This document shows, one piece after another, positions 36,048 to 43,623 of a DNA stretch of 56,133 nucleotides. A program made the position numbers and the translations under genes. The stretch's first letter is position 1, and every line of letters starts with the position of its first letter. The notes under the pieces are model-generated. The model was not told where the DNA came from and made no database searches. It was given only the letters and a program-made list of their open reading frames with translations. Origin of the DNA: a virus (lineage: Duplodnaviria > Caudoviricetes); the IMG/VR virus record IMGVR_UViG_3300024232_000014, positions 1 through 56,133 of that record. The stretch is one strand, 5' to 3'.

Positions 36048-36085
36048 GCAAGAGCCGCCCAGGAGAGATCCTGAGCGGCTCTTGC
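36048..36085. terminator. bidirectional terminator between convergent genes
   Basis: GCAAGAGCCGC / GCGGCTCTTGC inverted repeat extended by CAGGA/TCCTG. Confidence 0.7.
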
Positions 36086-36087
36086 GC

Positions 36088-36222
36088 CTACTTGCCGTTC
36101 TTGCTGCCCGAGCCGTTGCTGCCGCTGCCCGAGCCGCCTGGCTTCTCGTGCTTGCCGCCGCCGTTGCCGTTGCCGCCCTGCTTGGTGTCAGGAGCCTTGC
36201 CGTCTCCGTGCTTTCCCGCCAT
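36088..36222 (-). CDS. 44-aa Gly/Lys-rich peptide
   Basis: GGAGGTGA RBS; MAGKHGDGKAPDTKQGGNGNGGGKHEKPGG... Confidence 0.5.
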   Translation of the reverse strand: MAGKHGDGKAPDTKQGGNGNGGGKHEKPGGSGSGSNGSGSKNGK

Positions 36223-36409
36223 CGCTGGTCACCTCCCTTCCCGGTAGCAGTGGCCATCCCAGGCCGCGAGCGCACTTGCCCCTGTCGCGGCGCTCGGCCT
36301 GCTTCCTGGAGTGCGCGTTCAGGCACCCGTTGCAGGGCACGGTGCGCGACCGTATGTGCTGGTGGTAGCCGCGCTCCGTGCCGTGCTCCCGAGGGATCAG
36401 GCTAGGCAC
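36188..36409 (-). CDS. small Zn-binding protein
   Basis: HGT..GY..H.R....C..C..A motif common in actinophages. Confidence 0.6.
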   Translation of the reverse strand: MPSLIPREHGTERGYHQHIRSRTVPCNGCLNAHSRKQAERRDRGKCARGLGWPLLPGREVTSDGGKARRRQGS

Positions 36410-36923
36410 CCGCCGCCCGCTTCACCTCATCGTCGAGCTTCCAGCCCCGGTTCATGCCCCCGTCGCCGAGGATCTCCCGCTGTATGGCCTTGTACGCGTC
36501 GGCCGCGTCCCGGCTGCCCTTGTGCGCCCTGGTCAGGATGTCCGCCTGGCCGGTGGTCAGTCGCGGGAAGAAGACCAGGTTGTAGAAGCTGCCCGAGAGC
36601 TGCTCCTTGCGCCCGTCTTCCCAGGTGACCAGCTTGTTGCCGTTGGCCGCGTGCAGCCCGGTGACGGTGCCGTTGCGGACGGTGGACCTGTTAGTGTCCA
36701 GGGCGGAGAACCTGACGTCGAGCTTCGCGCGCCTGGCCAGGATGATCTTGCCGAGCTTCTCCTTGACCTCTTCGAGCGTGAAGCCCTCGACCACGGTCTC
36801 CTTCTCGCCGTCCTCGCCGCCTTCCTCGCGCCGGGCGCGGAAGGTGCCTGCGCCGGTGAGCCAGCTCACGCACTTGACGCCGTACAGCGTGAACGGCGGT
36901 CCTGGGTATGTCGTGTCTGCCAT
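36402..36923 (-). CDS. hypothetical protein
   Basis: AGGAGA RBS; 173 aa. Confidence 0.6.
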   Translation of the reverse strand: MADTTYPGPPFTLYGVKCVSWLTGAGTFRARREEGGEDGEKETVVEGFTLEEVKEKLGKIILARRAKLDVRFSALDTNRSTVRNGTVTGLHAANGNKLVTWEDGRKEQLSGSFYNLVFFPRLTTGQADILTRAHKGSRDAADAYKAIQREILGDGGMNRGWKLDDEVKRAAGA

Positions 36924-36932
36924 CTGCTTCTC

Positions 36933-37313
36933 CTAGTTGTACAGAGCGTGGTGAAGGGTGACTGTGAGTGCTGCGTCGCCGTTGGCGTCGGCCCGGCAGT
37001 CGCGGTAGTCGCTCACCGCGCCGATCCAGCGCACCGCGTCACTGCGCGAGGCGCGGTTGCCGTCCTCGCGGACAGCTACCCAGGCACCGAACTGCGCGTC
37101 CCAGAGCACGACCCCTGAATGCCGGTAGTCCCTGGCGCGGCCGTCCCACTCCTCGATCCGGTAGCGGTCGTCGTCGCTGCTGCGGAACACGCGACCGGCC
37201 TCGCTGACGCGGGTGTGCACGTGCGAGACGCGGACCCCTCGCGCCTGGCTGACCGCCAGCCGCTCGTCGATGATCATCTTGATGCGCTGGTAGCCGCCGT
37301 CGGTCTCTTCCAT
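36933..37313 (-). CDS. hypothetical protein
   Basis: ATG at 37313 with GGGGAGA RBS, downstream of promoter motif. Confidence 0.6.
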   Translation of the reverse strand: MEETDGGYQRIKMIIDERLAVSQARGVRVSHVHTRVSEAGRVFRSSDDDRYRIEEWDGRARDYRHSGVVLWDAQFGAWVAVREDGNRASRSDAVRWIGAVSDYRDCRADANGDAALTVTLHHALYN

Positions 37314-37358
37314 ATCGTCTCCCTGGCTGGCCGCTCCCTGCGGCCTCCGTGCGTTTAC

Positions 37359-37384
37359 AACAGCTAGCGGACCGGCGGCATTCC
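37359..37384 (-). promoter_or_regulatory. ECF-sigma (SigR/SigH-type) promoter
   Basis: GGAAT-N18-GTT spanning the end of 37364..37741. Confidence 0.6.
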
Positions 37385-37741
37385 CGTCGGCTGCCAGGCG
37401 TCCCCGTCCCAGGTGAAACCGGCGTCCGGCCGGTCGGTGAACCTGATGCGGGTGCCCGGCGCGACCGGCTCCAGCGACAGGTGCGCCTTGATCGTGTCCG
37501 CGTTCCGCTCCATGCACAGGAACTCGGGCCCGTCGCCCGCAGCGCCGTCCAGGTCAATGGCGATCTTCATGATGTCCCGCCAGGTGACCAGGCCGGGAGA
37601 CTGCTCTCGTGAGATGCCGAGCGCCTCGCGCAGCGCGCCGTAGGGCGCGGTCGCGATGCCGAGCACCCCGGCTCTCCAGCGCTCGTCCAGCGTGTACATG
37701 AGATTGCCGAGCCGGTCGGCCAGTTCTCCGTCGCGCATCAC
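37364..37741 (-). CDS. hypothetical protein
   Basis: AGGGAGA RBS; overlap with upstream stop. Confidence 0.6.
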   Translation of the reverse strand: MMRDGELADRLGNLMYTLDERWRAGVLGIATAPYGALREALGISREQSPGLVTWRDIMKIAIDLDGAAGDGPEFLCMERNADTIKAHLSLEPVAPGTRIRFTDRPDAGFTWDGDAWQPTGMPPVR

Positions 37742-37950
37742 TGTTCTCCCTTCTGATCAGGTCTCACCCAAATGTACTTCAGTTTCCCTGACAGCGTGCA
37801 CACCAGCGGCTCGGACGGCCGGTAGGTGCCGATGCAGGACAGCCTGCCGGTGGCCGTGGGCACCCCGCCGACGTCGATCTCGGGGAAGTCTTCGGTAATC
37901 TCCTGCACGCGCCCGTCGTGCGGGCCGCCTACCAGCTCTATCGTGAGCAT
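37738..37950 (-). CDS. small hypothetical protein
   Basis: IELVGGPHDG motif common in phage small proteins. Confidence 0.6.
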   Translation of the reverse strand: MLTIELVGGPHDGRVQEITEDFPEIDVGGVPTATGRLSCIGTYRPSEPLVCTLSGKLKYIWVRPDQKGEQ

Positions 37951-38289
37951 ATGACTACTCCTGTACCCGGTATGGGGACCGCCTCTCCGCCAGGCAGCAC
38001 CCCCGTCCTGTGCATCGCGCTCCAGGTGCTGCGGCGGGAGACCTGGGCCATGAGGATCGCTGACGTCCAGGTCGGGCAGCCGTTCTGGGCCCGGCTCGAC
38101 CAGGTGCCGTGGCTGGTGGCCGACGGCTTCGCCGAGCTGGCCCCGGTAGATACCGTACCGCCGCTGCCCGAGCCCGACCTGACCGCCAACCAGCTCCCCG
38201 GCGTGGCAGCGGCGACCCGCAACGCGTCTCCGGGCTGGACGCCCGCAAGGTACGCTACTGAGTCGCCGCCGCCGCGCAGCCAGTGCTGA
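37951..38289 (+). CDS. hypothetical protein
   Basis: ATG at 37951, GC-rich third positions; stop abuts convergent stop at 38290. Confidence 0.5.
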   Translation: MTTPVPGMGTASPPGSTPVLCIALQVLRRETWAMRIADVQVGQPFWARLDQVPWLVADGFAELAPVDTVPPLPEPDLTANQLPGVAAATRNASPGWTPARYATESPPPRSQC

Positions 38290-39438
38290 CTAGTCGGTCT
38301 GGAGCGTCTTCCAGTCCATGCCGGTCACGATCTCGGTCCAGCCCTTGGGCGGGCCGAGGTCAGCCTCGCGCCACTTCATCGGGTACGAGGTGGCCGAGGC
38401 CTTCAGGTGCTCGGGCATGATCAGGAAATACGGCTTCTTGTTCACCTGGTCGGTGACGCTGATGCGCCAGTGCCCGTGCTTGTCCTGGAGGAAGGCGATC
38501 AGCGCATTGTCGCCGTGGCGGTAGTCACGGGAGACAAAGCAGACCGGCTCCTTGCGGTTATGCCGGCCGAGCACGTAGTTCGTGTTGGCATGCAGGAACA
38601 TCTGCCCGACCGCGCTGAGCCGCGCCCCGTGCCAGTACTCTCCGGCCTCGGGATGGCCCTTGACCGACTTGCACTTCTCCAGGACGACCGGCTCTCCCAG
38701 GATGATCGCGGTGCGCTCCGTGGGGTTGCCGTAGAAGCACCAGTGCGGGTTGCCGTACGGGTGCACCGCGCCGTCGAAGTACCAGGCACGAGGCGGCGGG
38801 TTAGCCGCCGCCGTGGTGCTCGCCGCCAGCTCCTTCTCGACCACGTTGGGCACGTGCTTGACGTGTATCCACTTGATGTTCCACTCCTGGTTGGCCTTGG
38901 CCGAGGAGATCCCCGGTGACCAGGTAGGCACGTACGGCTTGGTGCTCTTGACGCTCATGTGCACCGGGACCGTGAGGAACAGCGCCTTCTTCTTCGGAGT
39001 CAGGTAGTAGATCTGGTAACCCTTCTCGTAGTGAAGAAAGTGGAACGTGATGTAGAAGGTCTTCGATGGCGCGTCGGTCTCCTTGAACAGCCGCGCCTGG
39101 TTCGACATCCCCTTCTTCCCGATGTTGTAGTTCGGGTTGTAGCCGATCGTCTGCACCTGGCCGACGCCGTGGACCATCCACATGATCCAGCTCGTCTGGA
39201 GCGTGTTGCCGCCCTTGACGCACGGCAGCATGAAGACCCGCGCGCCCTCCTGGTGCTGGAACGGCATGGTGACGCACCAGTGCGGGTTGTCCGTCGGCGT
39301 CAGGATGCCCTCGTAGTAGTAGCCTTCCACGGCAGGCGCGGCTGGCTGTACCGAGGCACTGGCTGACGCGGCTCCCGGTACGAGCAGGGCGGCTGCCGCC
39401 AGCGCTGATGCCAGCGCGTTTCTCCACCTCATCTGCAT
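38290..39438 (-). CDS. secreted protein with two tandem ricin-B-like domains
   Basis: ATG at 39438 with AGGGAGA RBS; signal peptide ending ASA; duplicated Y.[ED]G...P..NPHWC...G..V....C...W units. Confidence 0.7.
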   Translation of the reverse strand: MQMRWRNALASALAAAALLVPGAASASASVQPAAPAVEGYYYEGILTPTDNPHWCVTMPFQHQEGARVFMLPCVKGGNTLQTSWIMWMVHGVGQVQTIGYNPNYNIGKKGMSNQARLFKETDAPSKTFYITFHFLHYEKGYQIYYLTPKKKALFLTVPVHMSVKSTKPYVPTWSPGISSAKANQEWNIKWIHVKHVPNVVEKELAASTTAAANPPPRAWYFDGAVHPYGNPHWCFYGNPTERTAIILGEPVVLEKCKSVKGHPEAGEYWHGARLSAVGQMFLHANTNYVLGRHNRKEPVCFVSRDYRHGDNALIAFLQDKHGHWRISVTDQVNKKPYFLIMPEHLKASATSYPMKWREADLGPPKGWTEIVTGMDWKTLQTD

Positions 39439-39493
39439 CTTCTCCCTTGCGCGACCCGTGAGTTTGTGACCGGCCCTGCGGTGGGTCGAGGGG

Positions 39494-39650
39494 CCGCAGG
39501 GCCGGAGCACAGGGGGAGGGATTCGAACACCTCAAGCACGCATCTGCTGTCACGTGCGTGCGTCGCCGTCAGCATGCCCGTCTCTCGGCGGTCAGCGACA
39601 CCGGATGGCCTGGCTACGTCTACCGGCTCTTCCCCTGTACCTGCCTGCGG
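39494..39650 (-). ncRNA. enlarged tRNA-like structured RNA (candidate)
   Basis: Acceptor-like stem GTACAGGGG/CCCCTGTGC, T-arm GAGGtGTTCGAATCCCTC, three internal hairpins; intergenic. Confidence 0.55.
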
Positions 39651-39809
39651 CAGCAGACCTCGGGAGCGGCCCGGAGGGTTGTGGCCCTGGCCGCTTCCGC
39701 AGGCAAGCTCTTCAGTTAGCGTGCTTGCGCACGTAGTGCCGCCGCCACCTGGCCGGGGTCAGGCACTTCGCCCCGCAGGTACGGCAGAACACGCGGCTGC
39801 CGCCGCGCT

Positions 39810-40325
39810 TCATGCCTTCTCGACAGCGCTCAGCGCGTCGATCAGGCCCTGGACGAACACGCGGTCCAGCTCGGGGTGGTTGTGCGCGAACCGCGCCACG
39901 CCCATGATGACGTGCTCGAACTTGACCAGCGCGCCGGTGCCTGCCGCCTGGATGGCGCGAGTGGCCATGCCGTGGACCTGCGGGTCGTGCGCGGGCGGCG
40001 TCTCCGGCGGGGCGAAGAAGTCCGGCACGACGTTGCCGTCCGCGTCCAGCGTGCGCGGGTCCGGCTCGCCGGTCGTCTCCACCGGCTTGCTCTCGCCGTC
40101 GTCCGCCGGGTCTGGCTCCGGCTCACCAGGTCCAGACGGGGGGACGGTAGGGTCCTGTTCGACGTGCACCTCGCCGGTGACGGTCGTGCCCTCGCCCTTG
40201 TCCACGGTGATCGTGTCCGAGGCGGCGTTGGCGTCGTCCGGAGGAGCCGGTACCGGCGCGTTCGGGTCGGCGTAGGTGTTGGAGGGCGCGGGGGCCGCGC
40301 CCGTCTCTGCTGGCTGCTCGCTCAT
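39810..40325 (-). CDS. acidic Pro-rich hypothetical protein
   Basis: AGGGAGA RBS; disordered N-terminus, helical C-terminus. Confidence 0.6.
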   Translation of the reverse strand: MSEQPAETGAAPAPSNTYADPNAPVPAPPDDANAASDTITVDKGEGTTVTGEVHVEQDPTVPPSGPGEPEPDPADDGESKPVETTGEPDPRTLDADGNVVPDFFAPPETPPAHDPQVHGMATRAIQAAGTGALVKFEHVIMGVARFAHNHPELDRVFVQGLIDALSAVEKA

Positions 40326-40388
40326 CGCGTTCTCCCTCTGTGGTCTGCCTGCTAACGGTACTGCTTCTGCTTCCCAGGCGCTGCCGTC

Positions 40389-40700
40389 CTACCCCTTGCC
40401 GCTGGCCAGGTTCTCCAGCAGGCCGGGCGGTGCGTCCATCGGTCCCGCCAGCCCCGTGGACTTGGCGAACTTCGCGCCCATCAGGTGCGTCCAGCAGACG
40501 GGCACCGGCATGTTGAGCAGCCCGTTGCCGCCCATGAACTGCGGTCCTATCCCGGCTGCGAAGCCGATCACCACGGCGTCCTGGATGTCCTGGCTCTTGA
40601 TGATGCCGCTCTCTGCGGCGTTGCCCAGCTCGCCCTTGGCGAGCAGGCAGCAGATGAAGCAGAAGCCGAGGTCAGCCTCGGGCTGGGGTCCTGAGATCAT
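40389..40700 (-). CDS. hypothetical protein
   Basis: ATG at 40700 (ATGA overlap); C..C...PVC..H. Confidence 0.55.
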   Translation of the reverse strand: MISGPQPEADLGFCFICCLLAKGELGNAAESGIIKSQDIQDAVVIGFAAGIGPQFMGGNGLLNMPVPVCWTHLMGAKFAKSTGLAGPMDAPPGLLENLASGKG

Positions 40701-41056
40701 GGTGCCTTCCCGTCGAATATCCGTTCCATCATTGCGTCGACCACGGCGTCCTGGCCGTTCAGGAACCGCCTGGCCTTGATCATCATCGGCTTCATGAACT
40801 GGCTGGGCTGCGGCTTGTCCCGCTGGCAGCGCCCGCACCAGAACGGCCCGTGCAGGTGCTTCGCGCAGTAGCCGAACTCGCCGATGTGCTCGCCCGCCGT
40901 GCATCCGAGGGTGAGCACCACGACAGAGGCGTTACCGCAGCCCGTGCAGCACACCGAGAAGTCCCCGGCTGGCTCCTCGGGATGGCCGCTGGAACGCCGC
41001 TGCCCCGCCGCGCCGTAACCGGCGGGCGGGGCGAGCGGGTCGTCGCGGTCGCTCAA
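40697..41056 (-). CDS. Cys-rich hypothetical protein
   Basis: Several CxxC/CxxH motifs; TTGA overlap. Confidence 0.55.
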   Translation of the reverse strand: MSDRDDPLAPPAGYGAAGQRRSSGHPEEPAGDFSVCCTGCGNASVVVLTLGCTAGEHIGEFGYCAKHLHGPFWCGRCQRDKPQPSQFMKPMMIKARRFLNGQDAVVDAMMERIFDGKAP

Positions 41057-41175
41057 CGCTTGACCGGCCGGTATCCGGGGCAGTACCAGGGACTGCCGTC
41101 AGCCGGGTCCTCGTACGGGTGCCCGTCGTGCGGCTTAGTCGAGCCGCACCAGCCGGTCTGCGTCTCAGCGCGCAT
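41053..41175 (-). CDS. 40-aa Cys/His peptide
   Basis: MRAETQTGWCGSTKPHDGHPY...WYCPG; not in ORF track; fills gap. Confidence 0.5.
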   Translation of the reverse strand: MRAETQTGWCGSTKPHDGHPYEDPADGSPWYCPGYRPVKR

Positions 41176-41302
41176 GAACGGGGCAGTCCTCCCGGTAGTT
41201 GGCGCACATCGGGATCAGGCAGTGACCGCCGCTGACGTGCGAGCACGCCACGGACGTGCACTTGGCCTTGGACCTGACTACAGGATCGCTCTTCTTGCTC
41301 AC
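41165..41302 (-). CDS. 45-aa Cys-rich peptide
   Basis: GTGA overlap; C...AC.H....HC....C......CP.H. Confidence 0.5.
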   Translation of the reverse strand: MSKKSDPVVRSKAKCTSVACSHVSGGHCLIPMCANYREDCPVHAR

Positions 41303-41841
41303 TGTTCATCATCTCCCTCGTGCACCACGGTACCAGAAACGATCCCCATATCGTTCTTGCCCCGCTCGATCTGCTCGGGCGTCATCTTCGACGGCACGAG
41401 CGACATGGCGACGGCCCTGGCTGCCTCAAGTTCCCGCAGGTCAGCGAGGTCGCGCCGCAGGTCGTCGGTCAGCGAGGTGCCGCCGAGGTCTGCCTTGGGC
41501 ATGGCGATGACCGCGCGCATCTGCTGGTGATGGCGCTCCAGTGCCTTGGCAGCCGCTATCTCGTTCGCTGCCTTGTCGTGGTTCGCCCAGATCTCGAACG
41601 CGCGTGCGAACGCCTCGCCCCAGGTGTCCTTGTCGATGATCAGCACGTTTTCCAGGTCGGTGTCCAGGTGCCAGTACACGGGCCCGTAGCCGCCCTTCGG
41701 CTCGCGCTGCCCCCAGCCGATGTCCCTGGGCAGGTCGCGGGAGGCGTACAGCCGCACCCCGCCGCCCGGCCGGCGTATCCCGGTCATGACGAACTCCGGC
41801 TTGCCGTTGCTCGGCACGCGGACGCTCTCGTCTACCTTCAT
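41299..41841 (-). CDS. hypothetical protein
   Basis: 180 aa, ATGA overlap. Confidence 0.6.
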   Translation of the reverse strand: MKVDESVRVPSNGKPEFVMTGIRRPGGGVRLYASRDLPRDIGWGQREPKGGYGPVYWHLDTDLENVLIIDKDTWGEAFARAFEIWANHDKAANEIAAAKALERHHQQMRAVIAMPKADLGGTSLTDDLRRDLADLRELEAARAVAMSLVPSKMTPEQIERGKNDMGIVSGTVVHEGDDEQ

Positions 41842-41936
41842 CGCAGGTGCCCTTCCCGCTGATGGGCGCGCAGCTCCTCAGCGCTGTCGAACTCGGCCTG
41901 GCAGATATGGCACTTGTAGCCGCGCTCAGTTGTCAT
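41838..41936 (-). CDS. 32-aa classical C2H2 zinc-finger protein
   Basis: MTTERGYKCHICQAEFDSAEELRAHQREGHLR; overlaps both neighbours. Confidence 0.65.
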   Translation of the reverse strand: MTTERGYKCHICQAEFDSAEELRAHQREGHLR

Positions 41937-42336
41937 CCGGGACCTGCACCTCCCGCGCCGGGTGGCGGAGCTTGGCGAGGGCGTGCTGAAGCTCGCCCAT
42001 GCCGCGCACGGCCGTCATGGGCAGCGCCTCGGCCTCGGCCTTGGTCAGCGAGCGGAACAATGACTCAGCGTGAGCGACGTCCGCTATGAACGTCATCACG
42101 TCGCGGAGCTGGTCTTCCAGGGTGACGGCCTGGGCGCGCTCGCGCTCGATCTTCGCCACGGTGGCCAGGATCGTCGACTTGCCGCTGCCCCGCCCGAATC
42201 CGGGCAGCATGACTGCGCCGTCGGTGTTGTGGCTCTCCGCCCAGTCCAGGAGGTCCTTCACCACGATCTCCTGGTGAGCCGACAGCTCGACCTCACGGCC
42301 GTCCATCGTCCAGCCCTTCATCAGACGGTCACGCAA
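41926..42336 (-). CDS. hypothetical protein with isolated P-loop
   Basis: L..HQ...GRGSGKST; start uncertain (42336, 42321 or 42309). Confidence 0.55.
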   Translation of the reverse strand: MRDRLMKGWTMDGREVELSAHQEIVVKDLLDWAESHNTDGAVMLPGFGRGSGKSTILATVAKIERERAQAVTLEDQLRDVMTFIADVAHAESLFRSLTKAEAEALPMTAVRGMGELQHALAKLRHPAREVQVPDDN

Positions 42337-42905
42337 GTTCCGTTAGGCCAGGCAGGAGGAGTGACCAGCGCCCAGTGGGACGGGTGCAGGGTGGTGGCCA
42401 CCGGATCGGCCCACAGGTAGGTGCTGGCTACCTGGTCGGGCGAGTCCATGAAGTACGACCCGCTGTTGTCCGTGTAGGACCAGTTGAAGCCGGACAGGTC
42501 GTGCAGGCTGAGGTACCAGCCGGTAACCCCGGATTCGAGCTTGAACTTGCCTGGGCTGTTGCCGCTGAAGCCGAGGGCGTGGAAGTTGCCGTCGTTGCCG
42601 TCGATCACGAACTGGATGCCCGTTCCACTGCCGACGTAGCGGTACCACCAGTAGAAATCGTCGCGGATCGGGCAGTCCGACTGCTCGGCTACCGGGTCGA
42701 GCACGGTACCGCTGGACTGGACTGCGTAGTCGAAGCCGCTGGTGTGATGGACGATCCACACCTCGATCCAGCCTGGCCCTGGGTTGCAGTTCGGGTCGAG
42801 CCCGTTTGCGCAGGTCGACGAGGCGTGCGCCGTCCCGGCAGAACCGGCGGCGAACGACGCGGCCAGCGCCAGCGCGGCTGCCGCTAGCCTGATCTTCTTC
42901 TTCAT
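42321..42905 (-). CDS. secreted protein
   Basis: ATG at 42905 with AGGAGA RBS; MKKKIRLAAAALALAASFAAG..AHA signal peptide; aromatic-rich mature part. Confidence 0.7.
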   Translation of the reverse strand: MKKKIRLAAAALALAASFAAGSAGTAHASSTCANGLDPNCNPGPGWIEVWIVHHTSGFDYAVQSSGTVLDPVAEQSDCPIRDDFYWWYRYVGSGTGIQFVIDGNDGNFHALGFSGNSPGKFKLESGVTGWYLSLHDLSGFNWSYTDNSGSYFMDSPDQVASTYLWADPVATTLHPSHWALVTPPAWPNGTCVTV

Positions 42906-42916
42906 GTTTCTCCTGG

Positions 42917-43051
42917 TCAGGAGCCTGTGTTGGTGAGGAATGTCCACGCTGAGGTGATCACCTCGTGGACGGTGTGCCCGGCACCTGCCGGGTCACGGAA
43001 CACGGCGACCGCGCCGAGGATGCCGAGGACCCACCACGCCCACTTCGGCAT
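42917..43051 (-). CDS. small membrane peptide
   Basis: MPKWAWWVLGILGAVAVFRDPAGAG... Confidence 0.55.
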   Translation of the reverse strand: MPKWAWWVLGILGAVAVFRDPAGAGHTVHEVITSAWTFLTNTGS

Positions 43052-43182
43052 CAGAGGTACTTCGCGACGATGTAGACGAAGCCAAGCGCGCCGAGCGCGC
43101 AGATCGCCACGACTACGACGTCCTGCCAGGTCATGGGCGGGTCAGCGGCTGCCTTGTGCGCCGCTGCCAGCAGGTGCTCCAT
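43051..43182 (-). CDS. small membrane peptide
   Basis: TAATG overlap; ...VVVVAICALGALGFVYIVAKYL. Confidence 0.5.
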   Translation of the reverse strand: MEHLLAAAHKAAADPPMTWQDVVVVAICALGALGFVYIVAKYL

Positions 43183-43286
43183 TACTTGCCTCCGCTGGCA
43201 ATGTGGTACACGGTGTCCGCGATGATGCACGCGGCGATGATGAACGCGATGATGACCAGCGCGTTATCCCGGAGGAATTTTCCCAT
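43182..43286 (-). CDS. small membrane peptide
   Basis: AGGGAGA RBS; MGKFLRDNALVIIAFIIAACIIADTVYH. Confidence 0.5.
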   Translation of the reverse strand: MGKFLRDNALVIIAFIIAACIIADTVYHIASGGK

Positions 43287-43623
43287 CTGAATCTTCTCCC
43301 TGTGGTTCGTCTGGTACTGGTGCGACTACAGTGTAACCGCGCTCGCGCAGCATCTGCTCCACGGCCGCCAGCCGCTGCGCCCTGATCCGCTCTGCCTCGG
43401 CCTCGGTGATCGTCAGGTCGCGCAGCTCGGGGTCGGGCAGCACCAGGCCCTCTCGCCAGTCCCTGACGTGCAGCTTCATCTCCAGCACAGGCGGCCCGAA
43501 CACTGCCGGGTCGACTTCCAGGTTGAGCTTGACCGGGATCTCGCCACGGTCGAGCCGGGGCGGGTTCTTGACAGCGCGCACGAATCCCTGCCGCGTGCAC
43601 ACCAGCCAGATGATCTCCTTCAC
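43264..43623 (-). CDS. hypothetical protein
   Basis: GTG at 43623 with GGAG RBS; P.L..GE..VKL.L.V...VF motif. Confidence 0.6.
   Translation of the reverse strand: MKEIIWLVCTRQGFVRAVKNPPRLDRGEIPVKLNLEVDPAVFGPPVLEMKLHVRDWREGLVLPDPELRDLTITEAEAERIRAQRLAAVEQMLRERGYTVVAPVPDEPQGEDSDGKIPPG

Noticed and set aside
39507-39640. Canonical tRNA gene
   Set aside because: Too long, no 7-nt anticodon loop, no CCA; kept only as a tRNA-like candidate
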